The position numbers were made by a program, and so were the translations under genes. Below the pieces are notes generated by a model, which was not told where the DNA came from, ran no database searches, and was given only the letters and a program-made list of their open reading frames with translations. A stretch of 64,000 bases of DNA from the NCBI GenBank assembly GCA_964304625.1, contig OZ199838.1:10591437-10655436 (forward strand), in the 5' to 3' direction. Source of the stretch: Kudoa neothunni (taxonomy: Eukaryota > Animalia > Cnidaria). Numbering within the stretch: the first letter of the stretch is position 1; every line of letters starts with the position of its first letter. Positions 1 to 14,472 of the stretch are shown one piece after another.

Positions 1-114
1 TGAGTGATCGAATTAAGAGGATGAGTCAACAATTTCGTATTTGAATTCAACCGAATAGATTAACGAAGTGGGTATTGAGTTAATCCTTTAATCCTGTTGG
101 TATTGGTGTGTGGT

Positions 115-3100
115 ATGTCTCAGCCTGTTCCAATCACGTTTACTGAAGTTTTACAGGTGATTTTTTTGGAAAAACTGTTTTCGATAAACCATATTTGAGT
201 AGCTTCAAAAACTTGGCGTATCACCAACCAGTATTGGGTTTTCTACAGTGAGTTTACAGTCGGATAAGTGTGTTTGTGTTCGAGAGAAGACAGACGATAA
301 AGCTAATGTTGTTATTTTTGATACATCCAATCCCTCAGCTGTGATCCGAAAACCTATCACAGCTGATTCTGCTATTATGAACCCTGTTTCTAAAGTTATC
401 GCACTTAAAGCTGGAAAAAATCTTCAACTATTCGATTTGGATAACAAACAGAAAGTTGCTGCTTTTGTTGTAGTTGATGACGTCACTTTTTGGAAGTGGG
501 TCACCAAAGATATCATTGCCTTCGTTTCTGGAGGGCATTTGTATCATTGGACCATATTGAGTAAGCATTATTTATTCTCCAACGTTACATATACTACTAC
601 CAATGGGAATTAGTGGGTAGTTTAATAATTAATAAGGGTTTTGTTTCTATTCGAGTTAATAGTTTGTTCTATTTCCTTTTAATTGTTATGGGCAATATAT
701 ATATAATTGCAATGAAACTAGGTTATTTCGATTATTACTTGAGACGCCTGCGTTGTAACACAATCAATTTAACCATTAATTCAAAAAGTAGTGATTCAAT
801 GTAGATTCCATTTGTAAATTTTTTTAATAGCACCCAGTGAATAAAAACTGACATATTTTCGACAGGTTACATTTAATTATACAGTTTTGTTGATACAAAG
901 TTTGTAAGATTGTTTACCTTTAGTAATAGAATTAATTGATAATTAGCGACAATTAATCCTACTTTTCTTACCATGGTGCTTAGCGGCTATATCCTCGATT
1001 TTTATGAGAATTACGCTCATGTGTGATCTTTGATTATTAAAACCATATGTTTCACTGTAAATGCTATCCAATTTTTAACTTCATTCTTTATATCAATTTT
1101 CTCCTATATTTTCTGGAGGTTTGGCATTGGAGAGATTTCTGTTGTAAGCTCTGCTTAGCGTAAACTTCGAAGTTGATCGAACATACAGTGCACAGCTCGT
1201 TTAATTTTTTATTTTCTCCTACTAAAATTTTAACTCCCATAATTACGATATATTATTTTTAGCTGATTTATTTCAGAGAAAAATTGTTAGTAAAATATAA
1301 ATCCTGATAATATTTGATAAAAATTTCATTTGTGACATTCTTAGCTAAAATCTACCCTATTGACATGGTCGCTTTTCGTCGGAGAAATGATGTTTCGCAT
1401 TTTATGGCGTAATTTGATACGGCCTAATTTTGTTTGTATAACGTAGTAGTATTTTCCCGTCAATGATTTTAATTTTTATGCGTTTTTTGATTTTTAACAA
1501 AAAATATACATTTCCTAGAATATTTATTTACTAAATTTAAAATACGATTTTTCGGGCTTTGTCGTGAATTATATTCGTTGATATGGTGATTATGATCCTG
1601 AATGAAGCTCCTATTGAATTTAAGGTCAAAAACTTAATATATCCTTAATCAGTAAATGTAGCATATATTTTTCAGTTTCATTACTTTATTTTTACGGAAT
1701 ACTTTTTACATTTGAGTTCTTCAAGAAAAGCCCATTAGGTGTCATAATTTTAGATTTTAGTACTTATTCATTCAGGGTGTTGGTAATTTCTTTAGAAACA
1801 ATGGGAGCTCAGTCTGCAATGTTTTTCTTCATATCGTCTCCTAGTATTATAGCCAGTTTACTGTTATAAAAGATGACGTAATAGTCCCTTCTGGTTATAA
1901 GCTAATATATAATTGAGTTTTTTGCCAAAATACATGCATCTTATATACATTTCATTGGAGATAAATAAACGGTTCCATGTGAAGAAAAACAATACGTAGA
2001 TATCGGATTAACTTATTATTCTAAGTCAGCTTGAATAATTTTTTTGCTTTGTTTACTAATAACATCTAAATATTATTTACAGCGCTAATATCCACTTTCT
2101 ACTAATATTAGGGATTGCGTTATGAGAAGTTGATTAATGCATTCACACCCACTCTTATTTTGGGTTGACTAATATTGTTGTAGACGATGGAGAAACAAAA
2201 TCTCCAGAGAAAATTTTCCAGTTGCATTCCTCACTCTCACAAGCACAAATAATCAACTATCATGTTGACGCTACACGCAAGTGGTGCGTTCTTATTGGCG
2301 TCAATGCAGTAAATGGAAAAATTGGAGGTGCTATGCAGTTGTTTTCGGTGGAAAGAAATGTTACACAACCTATTGCTGGTCATGCTGCCACTTTCGCCCA
2401 ATATCAGTTGGGGGAGAATCCTTCACCTAGCAACCTTTTCATATTTGGAAACAGAGACGACAATGGAGCAAAAATACATATCATCGAAGTGGGTGGTACA
2501 CCCGCCGGCAACCAACCATTTTCTAAAAAGATTGGAGATATCTTTTTCCAACCGGACGCCGTCAACGATTTTCCTATTGCTCTACACGCTGACAATCAAA
2601 GTGGTGTGTTCTATCTACTCACCAAATCGGGCTTTATGTACATGTATGAGATTGAAACTGCCAGCTGTTTTTATGCCACCAAGATAAGTCAAGAAGTCCT
2701 CTTCGCCAGTGCCCCCACAAGCGGCCATGGATTTATGGCTATCAATCGACAAGGTACACTATTCGCTGTGAGAATCGATAAAGACAATATTGTGAACTAT
2801 CTCAAGATGAAAGGATTGGATAGTCTGGCGTTCAAGATAATTGAAAGATGTGGACTGCCTGGATCGGAAGCCATCTATCTGAATCGATTCAATAATCTAT
2901 TTGCTCAGGGCCAATATGAAGCGGCCGCTAAAGTGGCCGCAAAAGCACCAAATAATATCTTACGAACCTCAGATGTTATAAGACGTTTTCAAACTGCACC
3001 TACGGCTCCGGGAAGTGCATCACCGTTGCTGCATTATTTTGGGTGTCTGCTGGAGATGGGCACACTGAACAAAGATGAGAGTATTGAATTGTGTCGACCG

Positions 3101-6100
3101 GTGGTTCAACAAAATAAGAAAAATCTAATCGAGAAATGGCTCAACGAAGATAAACTGGAATGCTCAGCCGAACTAGGAGACATGGTGAGAAGTTTGGATC
3201 CAAATATAGCTCGTTCCGTCTATCTAAAGTGTAACGCAAGTGACAGAGTTATGCAATCTTTCGCCGAAATGGGTCAGTTCGATCAGATCGTTCTCTACGC
3301 TCAGAAAGTTGGAATTTCGCCTGACTACATTAACATCCTCAATGGTATGATCAAAAGTAATCCTGATGGTTCAGTGGAATTTGCAAAACAGTTGATTTCT
3401 TGCGATCCTCCATTGGTGGATATTTCGATGGTAGTGGATCTGTATGCGACTTATAATTTGGTGAAACAATGCACCAACTTTTTGTTGGAAGCCCTCAAAG
3501 AAGATAAACCTGAGCATGGAGCTCTCCAAACGAGGCTGCTTGAAATGAATTTGATGAACGCTCCTGCTGTTGCTGAAGCCATTTTCGCTCGAAAAATGTT
3601 TACCCACTACGATTTTAATCATGTTGCGGGATTGTGTGAACGCTGCGGTCTTATGCAACGCGCCCTCGAACATTACACCGATATCTATGACATCAAACGA
3701 GCTATTGTACATACCCATTTGTTCAATCCCGAATGGTTGGTGTTGTACTTTGGTAACCTATCGCCAGATGATTCTATGGCATGTTTGAAACTGTTGATGG
3801 AATCGAACAGTAGACAAAATTTACAGTTGTGTGCGAATATTGCTGCCAAATACAGCGATCAATTATCCAGCAACGCTTTGATCAATCTGTTTGAATCGGT
3901 ACGCAGTTTCGAAGGACTGTTTTTATATTTGGGTAAAATTGTCAACTACAGTGAAGATCCTGAGGCGCATTTCAAATACATTCAAGCTGCATGCAAAGTT
4001 GGTCAAATAAAAGAAGCCGAACGCATTTGTAAAGAAAGCAATTTCTACGATGCTGAACGTGTGAAAAATTTCCTCAAAGAATCTCGCCTTCAAGATCACC
4101 TTCCATTGGTTATTGTGTGTGATCGATACAACTTCGTTCAAGATCTTATCCTCTACCTTTACAAACAGAATGCAATGAAATACATTGAGATGTATGTGCA
4201 GAAAGTGAATCCAACCAGATTGCCTGTTGTCGTTGGCGGACTGCTAGATTTAAATTGCAACGATGATTTTATCCGGAATATGATTATCTCTGTCCCTGAT
4301 TCCTTCAATATGATTGAGTTGGTTGAGGAAGTGAGCAAACGAAATCGTATTCGACTTTTGTTGCCTGTCCTCGAAAACAGAGTGATGAGTGGTAGTACTG
4401 ATCCTTCGGTTCACTCCGCCATGGCTATGGTGTATATTGACTCCAATATTAACCCTGAAAAGTTTTTACGCGAAAACAAATACTACGATCCTGAATCCGT
4501 CGGAAAATTCTGTGAAAAGTTTGATCCCAACCTCGCCTTCATTTCCTACGGCAAAGGTTTCTGTGATGAAGATGTGCTGAGAGTTTGTTGTCAGAATAAA
4601 CTTTTCAAACACTTGGGTCGGTATCTAGTGTCTAGAATGGATGAATCACTATGGAATAAGGTTTTGGCTCCAGAATTTGAATTCAGAAAACAACTAGTTG
4701 ATCAGATTGTTCAGTGTGTACTGCCTGAAACCCAAGATCCTGAAATCGTTAGTTTCACTGTGAAAGCTTTCATGAAGAATGATCTGCCGAATGAGTTGGT
4801 TGAACTGCTCGATCAACTAGTACTCAACAATACCATTTTCAGCAATCACAAAAACATACAAAATCTTCTTATTCTCACCTCCATTAAAGCCGATCGATCT
4901 CGCGTTATGGATTATGTGACCAAACTGGACAACTACGATGCTGTTGATATTGCCAATATTGCTATCCAAAATAGTCTCTTTGAAGAAGCTTTGGCTATCT
5001 ACAAAAAGAATAATCTCCACCAAAACGTTATGGAAGTTCTACTATCCAATCTTAAAGATTTGGTACGTGCGTATGAGTATGCTGAGAGAGTTAATCAGCC
5101 AGCTGTGTGGAGCATTCTGGCTCGTTACCAACTATCCGGTGGACTTGTTAAAGAAGCCCTGATTTCGTACATGAAAGCCGAAGATCCTAACAATTATCGA
5201 GAAGTTACCGCAGCTGCAAAAGCCACTGAAAACTATGAATATCTCAAATCGTACCTGGAAATGGTCAAAATATCAATTAGAGATTCATTTGTAGACACAC
5301 AATATGCATTTTGTTTGATCCGACTCGATCAACTTGATGCCTTGGACGGTTTTGTGAAGCAATCCTCCAACATTGATCTTGTAGTGTTAGGTGATCAATG
5401 CCTTGATGATGCTTACTACGAAGCTGCATTGATTCTATTCCTCGCCGCTTCCAACTATCCAAAACTTGCTGTTGTGTATATGAAGAAGAAAGACTACACT
5501 TCGGCCATTGATTGCGCCAAGAAAGCCAACAACATAACCACTTGGAGAGTGGTTTGTTTCGGTTGTTTGGACCAACAGGAATTCGCTATCGCCAAACTGT
5601 GTTCGACATACATTGTAGTTAATCCAGATGAATTATCTGATGTGATCAACTACTACGAAAAAAATGCCTACTTCAACGAACTACTTGAAATGTTGGAGTC
5701 TGCCACATCACTTGAACGCACTCATATGGGAATATTCACTGAGTTGGCTATTTGCTATGCTAAATATAAACCATCCAAGTTGAAGGAACATGTAGAGCTT
5801 TTTATCACCCGTATCAACATACCCAAAGTGATTTATGCGGCCGAGCAAAGTCATCTTTGGCCTGAAACAGTTTATCTCTATGAGAAATATGAGGAATATG
5901 ATAATGCTCTCAGAACCATTATCCAACATCCAGCCGAAGCCTACCATGAAACCAAATTCAGAGATATTATCACCAAAGTTGGAAATGTCGATCTTCTGTA
6001 TAAGGCGGTTACTTTTTATCTGGAACAACATCCAATGTTGTTGAACGAATTACTCAATCTTATCTGCCAAAAAGTGGATCCAGTGACCGTAATCAACATG

Positions 6101-6782
6101 TTCAAAGTGGGAGACAATGTCTCGTTGATCAAAGGCTACTTGGAATTTTCACAAAAACAAGACTCTAAATACATAAATGAACACCTCAATAAGCTCTACA
6201 TTGAAGAGGGACAATATGAAGCGCTCATGATATCAGTCACCAAATACACAAACTTTGATATGATTAAGTTGGCAGAAGAACTAGAAAGTCATGAGATGGT
6301 TGAGTTCCGCCGTGTGTCCAATTCCCTCTATAAACAATGCAATCGTTGGAACAAGTCGATAGAATTGGCCAAAAAAAGATGGCCTCGATTCAGATGCTGC
6401 TATTTATGCCTCCGAATCTCGTGACCCTGTTCATGCTGTGGATCTTTTGATACATTTCACGTCAAACAAAATGCATGAAGCTACGATCAGTCTCCTTTAC
6501 CACTGCTACGACCTTCTAAAACCTGATGATGTGCTAGAACATTGCTGGAAAAACAACATGGTTGATATGTGCATGCCATACATTATTCAAATGTTGAGTG
6601 ATGTGATTCCAAAGGTTAATGAGCTGGGCGGAAAAGTATTGGAAGAGGAAAAGGCCACCATCAAGGAACAACCTTCCATTCTATTGACAAATCCACTGAT
6701 GTTGACTGGTGGACCCTCTTATTCATCCGCAATGGGCGGAAATCAGTTCAACATGCCCGGATCAGGCTTTCAGCGATTCTAA
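115..6782 (+). CDS. CLTC: Clathrin heavy chain; exons 115-156, 203-560, 2184-6782, with one apparent +1 frameshift in an A7 run at 6371-6377
   Basis: Spliced N-terminus MSQPVPITFTEVLQ|LQKLGVSPTSIGF...PITADSAIMNP; GT-AG introns 157-202 and 561-2183 keep the frame; motifs KWLNEDKLECSAELGD, ALEHYTDIYDIKR, LERTHMGIFTELAI; removing one A restores AKKDGLDSDAAIYASES and joins ORF 6438-6782, which contains LMLT. Confidence 0.97.
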
Positions 6783-8030
6783 ACTCTATTGAAATGACCT
6801 AAAATTATTTTCTTTATACTACCAATTCTAATGCCCCTTAAAGAGTTTTTTTCTCGCGTCATCCTTGCTTTCGTTTTTATTGTTTTTCATCTAACTTTAA
6901 TTTTAATTAACTTCGTAATATATAGGTGTGATCGTTCATATTTTGATATTTTAAATTAAATAAGGTGGTTGCTCTCATCTGAATTTTAGTAAATATAAAA
7001 ATTTTCATTGTTCGGGTCGGGTTGGTGGGAATTGATATTTTTTTGGCAGTGAAGATAACGCTGATGAAAATGACTATGTGTGGCAAACCTTGCATACCTA
7101 AAAAATAGAATTTTTCATTCAGAGAAAGGAAATACAATACTAATTAACAATGGTGGTTTACTTATAGATTAAAAAATTCGATGGTCTGTATGAAGCATGT
7201 AACCCGCAGAAAATATGGTGAATTTTTTTGAGTGACTCTTTATGAAACGAAAAGAATAAATAATTTAAAGGATCGCCTCAATAATTCCTCCATTATTTTT
7301 GTTTTTTTCGCATGTCCAGGTGATTTGTTTGTCAATCCTCTACGTTATTCGAAAACGACCATCCTCACTCAAACGAATTATGGGATGGAAATAACTCCCG
7401 TTTTTATCAATTAAACCCTTAACTCTATAGATGTTTTGCGGTCTGAATACAATATATTACTTAAAAATTGTTATTTAGAATTGTGTAATGAGTTAGAATG
7501 GTTAAAACAATTTTATGAACCATTAACATCAAATTACAGGAAAAATGGGAATTAAATAATAATTCTATTCTTATGTATCAGAATCACATAAAAATTTTAC
7601 GCTGACTCTAAAATGCATTGAAAATTAGTTTTTTATCAGATTTTTAAATTAAATAAGATAAAAAAAATTCTTAGATAGATTGATTTTTCGTGCATGAGTG
7701 AAAATTTTGATGCCAACTTCTCATTTTCTTAATTATTCCATATCTAAAATTGTTTACAACTGATGTTTTTAAAAAGAGGTGCAACAGATTGAGTTTTAGT
7801 ATATATTTTTGTCCATAAATTAGATACATTATATAATTATAATTTAATACAATAATGGTTTATTAGACAATACACAAAATGTTAACCCATGTATAACATT
7901 TTAAATTTATTTCCAAACTTTTCAATTATATATGTTAATATTTTGAATATATTACAATTTTGCGTTTGTATCAATTATATTGTATTTAATAATGCTTATT
8001 ATATTTTTCAATGTGAATTCGAATATTACA

Positions 8031-8622
8031 ATTAGAAGCCGTAATTTTCGATTAAAATCGATGAACGTCGAAAAGCATAAAATTTTTTAATATATTTTTA
8101 CATGTTTCGGTTAAAATAAAGATAATTCGTCGTTTATTTTTAGTTTTATTATGGGTAGAAAAAGAAGACCAATTGACAATTATATAGCCGGATAAATAGA
8201 GTTCATGAGGAAATCGACCCAAAAAATATATCAAAATTTGTAAACGTCGATCAACGAGAAATTTCACAGCAAGAGTGGTTGAAACTTTCACACCATAGAA
8301 ATGATAAAATGATAGGTCCTGGATTTTAGAGAATAAATAAATCAAAGTATTCCATATTGTCTAGGATAGGCCAAGTTTTGGTGCATATCCCACTATCACC
8401 TACAGTCGTGGAAATAAGTTTCTCATAATCTATAAAGTAAATCTATCGCTTGATCGAATGAGAATTCCTTAAATATTATATTCTATAAATTTTATTTTAT
8501 AAAAAAATAAAATTTATATTTATATCTCTGACATTGAACATGATAATAAAGTTCTGTGTCACGCGTGTGCCAGTTTTTAAATTAAACGTCGATTTTAATC
8601 GTCAAAAATTACAGCATCTAAT
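8031..8622. mobile_element. Probable non-autonomous DNA transposon (MITE), ~590 bp
   Basis: Imperfect ~32-bp terminal inverted repeats: ATTAGAAGCCGTAATTTTCGATTAAAATCGA and TCGATTTTAATCGTCAAAAATTACAGCATCTAAT; no clear TSD and no credible ORF. Confidence 0.55.
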
Positions 8623-11445
8623 TAAAATTATTTTGATTTTGATTTAAAATGAAAAAAAATATTTAAAATATGGCGTTACAGAGATGGAATTATCTCTTGT
8701 TCATTTAAATTCTGAATGAACATAAAACATAAGGCACAGAAGAGTTAATAAAAAATAGTAATCGAATGAATTTTTAGATAAACCCTAAACATTTCCTCTT
8801 GTAATTCCGGATAATAAAATTTAGTGATTTCATGAAATATTTCTCAAAATTTCGGTGGCGGAGACCCAAATTTAAACTGCTGTTTATGAGACAATGAATA
8901 ATACGAAATTTACAAAATCTTGCCAATACATGAACTAAGTGATAGTAAGTGTTAGAAAACTTGAATTCATCTTATGTTAAAATTTTATGACTAATTAAAC
9001 ATTGTTAAGTCGAATCTTGAGTGATAAAAGACATCGCGAAACAATTAGCTTCTAAGTTCTCCAAGTCGGATTATTTAAGATTATTGTTTGAGTAATAACC
9101 TTTTTTCTCTAAATTCCATCGATATTAATTATTTTTATTCTCAGGGTCATCTCGAATAAATTTTTTAAAAACAACGATGAAAAACATTTGGAGTTATTTA
9201 TACCCAATAGGTCACTGAAGGATAAATTTTTAGTTCACAGCATATTTTTTGTTATTATTTTAAACTTTTTACGGTTATACATATCGTTTAATTAAGAGAA
9301 TAACAAATATTTTATGAATTTTAATGGAAAATGAAATATTTTACTGGTGGATTAAAGTTGACTCAGGATGTAATAGATCCTAAGTCCATTAGGAGGTTAA
9401 ATTAATATGATAAGTTGAACCATATTTGTTGAATTTAATTTCTAAATGGAGAACTAACGATTATTAGACGAAATTTATTTAGGTTTCTTATTAAATAATA
9501 TTTTTGTGATAAGTTTTTATCCTTCGAATAAAAAACAATGTCTGATTGCATGGGGTAAATGTGAATAACTGCACTCATCTTTTAAATAAACGGACTCAAT
9601 TATTCAACTTTACTCTTATTTTATATATTCATAAAATTTAAATATTTATTTTTTTAAATATATTACATTTTAACGATACTATTTTAGATAAAAATGTCAG
9701 CCATATGTACGTAGGCGATTTATATTACACAGGAATTACTACATTGAGCTAATATAAATCTTGTGCAAATTCAAAAAATTTTGTCTTTATTATCGGAAAT
9801 TGGTAGTGAATACATATTCATGAGGTTTTAACACTAAAAATATTACTACAAAAAGGAAATGGGAATATCATAATTCACACAACTTTAGCTGATAAGTTAT
9901 TATTTACATCCAGGTTTTATCTTATCACGTAATTAGTATTTTGGGGGGTTTCTGTTATAATTACTTTTAATTCAATTAATTCCCCGTGATGCCTCCATTA
10001 GAAAATTAGTTAAACCATAGTAATCGTGTTATTATATGAACAGATAATTATTCTGAATATCTTAAACTTCAAATAGCACATACTATCTTAAGGCATGTAT
10101 GACCCGGCATTCAAGCCAGCTGTGAAAACAAAAATAAAAATGGCCACATATAAAAACGATTGAATAAGCTTCTAAAAATGCTATCCTTAGAAGAATCAAT
10201 GGGATTTGGTGTTAGGAATATTGAGAAGGTGTTTAGGGATAAATTTACGGGTATCTAATCAGATGGTGGTTTATCATAAGAAAAATAATTATGGCGATAG
10301 ATATGCGATGAAAATGCACTATTATAAGTACTATAGCAACGTTTATCATAAGAGTTTATCAAAACAAATTTCATTCGATTATTCACAGAAATTCTCGTAG
10401 GAATAGATGTTTATTCAATAGATTGATTGAAAATAAACATTATTGGTCACTAATAAAGGAGTATTTTCGTGTAGAAAGACTAACAAGTTATTCAGAACGG
10501 AACTATTTGAGTTAAGGTAAATAAGAAGTCGACCTGATTCATTTCTGAAATAAAGGTAATCAAGTTTATTGTTATAAATTAATGAGATTCACAGGGCTCA
10601 TTAGATACTTAAATACCTAGATTTATCAAATATCAAACTTTAATTCATAAAATGTTTGATATGGTTGATATCATATACATGTATACTATTACTTATGTGA
10701 ATATATTATATGGGGTGGGATAAAGTATTAGATATGATCGGAACATTTCTTAAAAATGTGATATTTATAGTATTAACTGACCAAATTATTTTTTACAACC
10801 TTTAGAATTAGTTTTAATAACTCGTATTATCACTCTCTAGTAAATTAAAGTGTTAATCGGAGGGTCAATGCACACGTAATAGTCTGTCAGTTGACAGGTT
10901 CCATAGGTCTGATCAAAATAGATGTGATTGTTTTTAGTGTAATCTTATAAAATTAAAATCTTATTAAATTGTCATTAGATGCCAAAATAGTAATTTGATG
11001 GTTGTTGCAATCGGTTATTCAATATATTTCTATTATTCAGTGGGCAAATGTGCTGAAAATAGATAAGAATGTTTTAATGAGAGTATAGAAAAGATTTTTA
11101 ATCAAGAATTGATGCAAAAATTTTTGATTATTATGAATAATCTTGTAGGAAATATTTAAAATGATTATGGCCGAGCGTTAAAACATTACATTAAAGTTTG
11201 TTTGTTTAATCTAGAGCCGAGATTAGATTGAACCTATGCGAAAAAACTCTGTGACAAAAATTTCATCCCCTTAGCAATAATTTAAAATAATCCAGAAAAG
11301 GATAAAGAGCTTATTGTTCGATCATTATTATCGTTGATAAGAGTATTCACAAGCCTACGACATTATACAAAACCAAAAAATGAACAATGATGATAATGTA
11401 ATGTTATTTTTTTATGAAGATTTAAGATATTTATTTTAAATGTAG

Positions 11446-13927
11446 CCTAATAACGACTATGTGCTGGATAGCAAAGTCCAGTTGAGTAGACCTAGAATAA
11501 AAAATTTCCGAAAAAATGCTCCCACTTGTATGAACTCTTCAAAAGTTGTAATTGTTGAGTAATGAGGATGTTATAACAATTTAATTTTTGAAATATTAAA
11601 CTATTTTCAGAACTCCCATTGAAAAGTTAAATGACCACCTTTACACATCTACCACAAAAAATAGAAACATTCACGATTTTTCCAGAAATAACAACTATGG
11701 TCAAACAAACCTGGTATATATATATATATATATGACATCACATTTGACAATAAAAACTTTATGCATTGGCTTAACTTTTGTGTAAATAATGAGAATTATT
11801 CTAGACTAGAAATAAAACATGCAGTCCTTTGAAGCCTGGAAACATTGGTCTAGGCATGAAAATGCCAGGCTTGGGAGAAATTACAGATATGAGAGCTCAG
11901 CTTAGAAACCATAAATCCATTCATTCGCCAATAAAAATTCAGACAAGTATTAGATAAGCTAAAGCTAGAAAGAATAGTTATTTGGAAAATTTTGGATTAT
12001 TTTGTAGAGTCATTTATCAGCCCTTCCACTAAGAGTTCGTTGCCACAAACCAAACCCGTCAGTATCGATCTTAATGATAGTGGAACAAGGTTTTTTGTTA
12101 GAAATGACGACATTTTATATTAATAATTCTAATAGCACAATGAATGCACCGTCTAGTAGTTCCGGGAGAGTTACCAAATTTACTCCCTCTCAAAAAGTTT
12201 CTACACCTAAAAATCTGCTTGTGAATGGTGGTTTATTAGCTAATTAAAACTTTATGATTTATTCAACCCTCCATAAGATAAACCCATTTCTACCGATAAA
12301 GTCCAACATAAGGGAGCTTACTCAACCAGAAATAACACAACTAACAATCAACATCGAGCTACAGGATTGCGAACTACTATAGCCGATAAACGATTGTCTG
12401 GTATGATTGTGGTGGATAGGGGATTTTTTTCTATATACAGATTTAACTAGATTTCAATGCAATGCCGATGTCTTCATTTGACAAAATCCAGCAGAACAAT
12501 AAGTCTTCTAAAGATGACTCAAAAAGTATAGATTCGATGAACAGAATTTTATTATATTTGATTTTATAGTTACAAACCAAACTTCTGAAAGAATGTCTAC
12601 CTTTAAACATTTAAATACAACGAACAATAGGCCAGCAAGCATAGTAGCTGGTACATCGACTTTCAATACACCTAAAACACCAAAAACCCCCATTACCAGC
12701 CCTGCCAGCAGTTCTCCAAACAATAGATCGAATAATTATAACAAAGCTATAAGCAGAAGTAGTTTTTTGGTAACGTTTTGGTTAGTAACAGTAAATACTG
12801 AAATAGATGAAACAACGAGCCCCAAAGGATCGCCAGTTTCCAGATTTTCACAAAAGAAAGAAACTATAGTTAAAAAAGAATGTCAAAAAGTTCAGGAACC
12901 AATGACTAGTCCCCCCTCTATCGCAAGATCTAAAAGTAATAAACATTTATTGAAGAAATTCACCTACTTTGACAGCTTCTCATGATCCCTATCGAAAGCC
13001 AAATGACGTTTCTACCACTGTGACGGCCACCGCACAGAGAACTATTATTAACAGTTCTCCTAAATCGAAAAAACATGATCACGTTATCTCCGATAATATC
13101 GCAAAGAATATTAGTACTACACATAGTAAATTCTTATATTTTATATAAACACGCAGAATTTTTTGAAAAGACCTCGGAAAAAATGTTCGAAGAAAATATC
13201 CATAATGCTCTCAATGTAGAGAAAAGAGTAGCTGCCATTGAGCGATTTAGAGTTAAAAGGTACCATAGACATTTCTGGTAAAAATAAAATTTAGCCATCG
13301 AAATAGACAAAACTCCCTGGATCATCTTTTGAGTTCTAAAGAAAAACTTGAAATCACTTCAAGGTACTCCCCCGAAATTTCACCATCAAGTTATAAGTCA
13401 CCAATACGCGATACAGACAATAAAATACGGTTTGATTCTAAACGACGATCAGGTATTGACGATTTGGATTATTTATGTCGATCAATTAAAATCCCAATCA
13501 GTTAGTACAGATCTGGAATACAGTTGCCCAGGCGAAAGAATCAGACAAACCTTGGCCATATTTGCTGAATACGGTACGATAATTTATTAAAATACATTCA
13601 TTTAACCATATAAACTAGGTAAGAAAAACAACTCCAATGATATAAAAAAATCAAAAATATCAACTCATACTAGAGTCAGGCGTGGTAACCACCCTAAAAC
13701 AGCATATAATATAGCAGGATCACCTATTTCAGTAAAATCCATCGCATCCGTATACGTTGAAAATGTTTACCAAAATAAGTCCGTTTAAATTTAATAGATT
13801 ACTACTAAATAAATTATTTAGACACCTTCCAATTAAATATCAATGTCAAAGTAGGGCCAATTCGAGAACTACGCAAAACAAGACCGATATAACTTCGCTC
13901 ATCAAAAGTTTTGATAAAGACTTCTAA
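11446..13927 (+). CDS. 3' part of an unidentified multi-exon gene encoding a Ser/Thr/Pro/Lys-rich, probably disordered protein; further exons likely lie upstream (~7.2-11.4 kb)
   Basis: Chain of short exons joined in frame by small GT-AG introns (e.g. 11446-11558, 11611-11713, 11805-11947); ORF pieces 12593-12985, 13075-13281, 13348-13590; last exon ends ...DITSLIKSFDKDF* at 13927. No family recognised with confidence. Confidence 0.6.
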
Positions 13928-14472
13928 TTAATAAAAAAAGTTCGTTGTACTTACTAGATTTTACAAATTTTTTATATAGCAGAAATATTTGATTGAATTG
14001 TTTTTAATATTCATATTTAAAACATGCTATTTTCTTTATTGCAAAAATTACAGATTTTAGTTTAAGTGATATCTTTTTTTATTTTCGATAACCAAAACGA
14101 CCTTTTAAAATTCAAGTGATGAGAAAAATTAATATGCATATATATAATAAAGTTTTTACGTTAAATATGTTGAAAACTTTATTTTTATATGTGCGTGACC
14201 ACAGTATCTATTTCAAAGAGTGTGCACATTAAGTGAAAACCTTAAAACGCCGAGTTAGAGTTAAATAATATCAAAGCTACTCCAAAATTATTCTTAATCA
14301 TTTTTCTATATTTCTATATTGTTTGAAAAATAGTGTATTTTTTATTTGGGGAAATATCCAAGTATAGGTAAACTAAAATACTTATCGATAAATCCATCCA
14401 ATGTATTATTTGATTCTGACGTTAAGATATCATCAGCTGCAAGATGTTACGCAGAAGAAAAACATGTTTATA

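Noticed and set aside
2313-6044. Short overlapping and antisense ORFs within clathrin, and likewise within the gypsy, piggyBac and V-ATPase regions
   Set aside because: Shadow frames of real coding sequence with no recognisable motifs.
11715-11733. (TA)n microsatellites here and at ~31319-31336, and a G run at ~43123-43134
   Set aside because: Ordinary short simple repeats.
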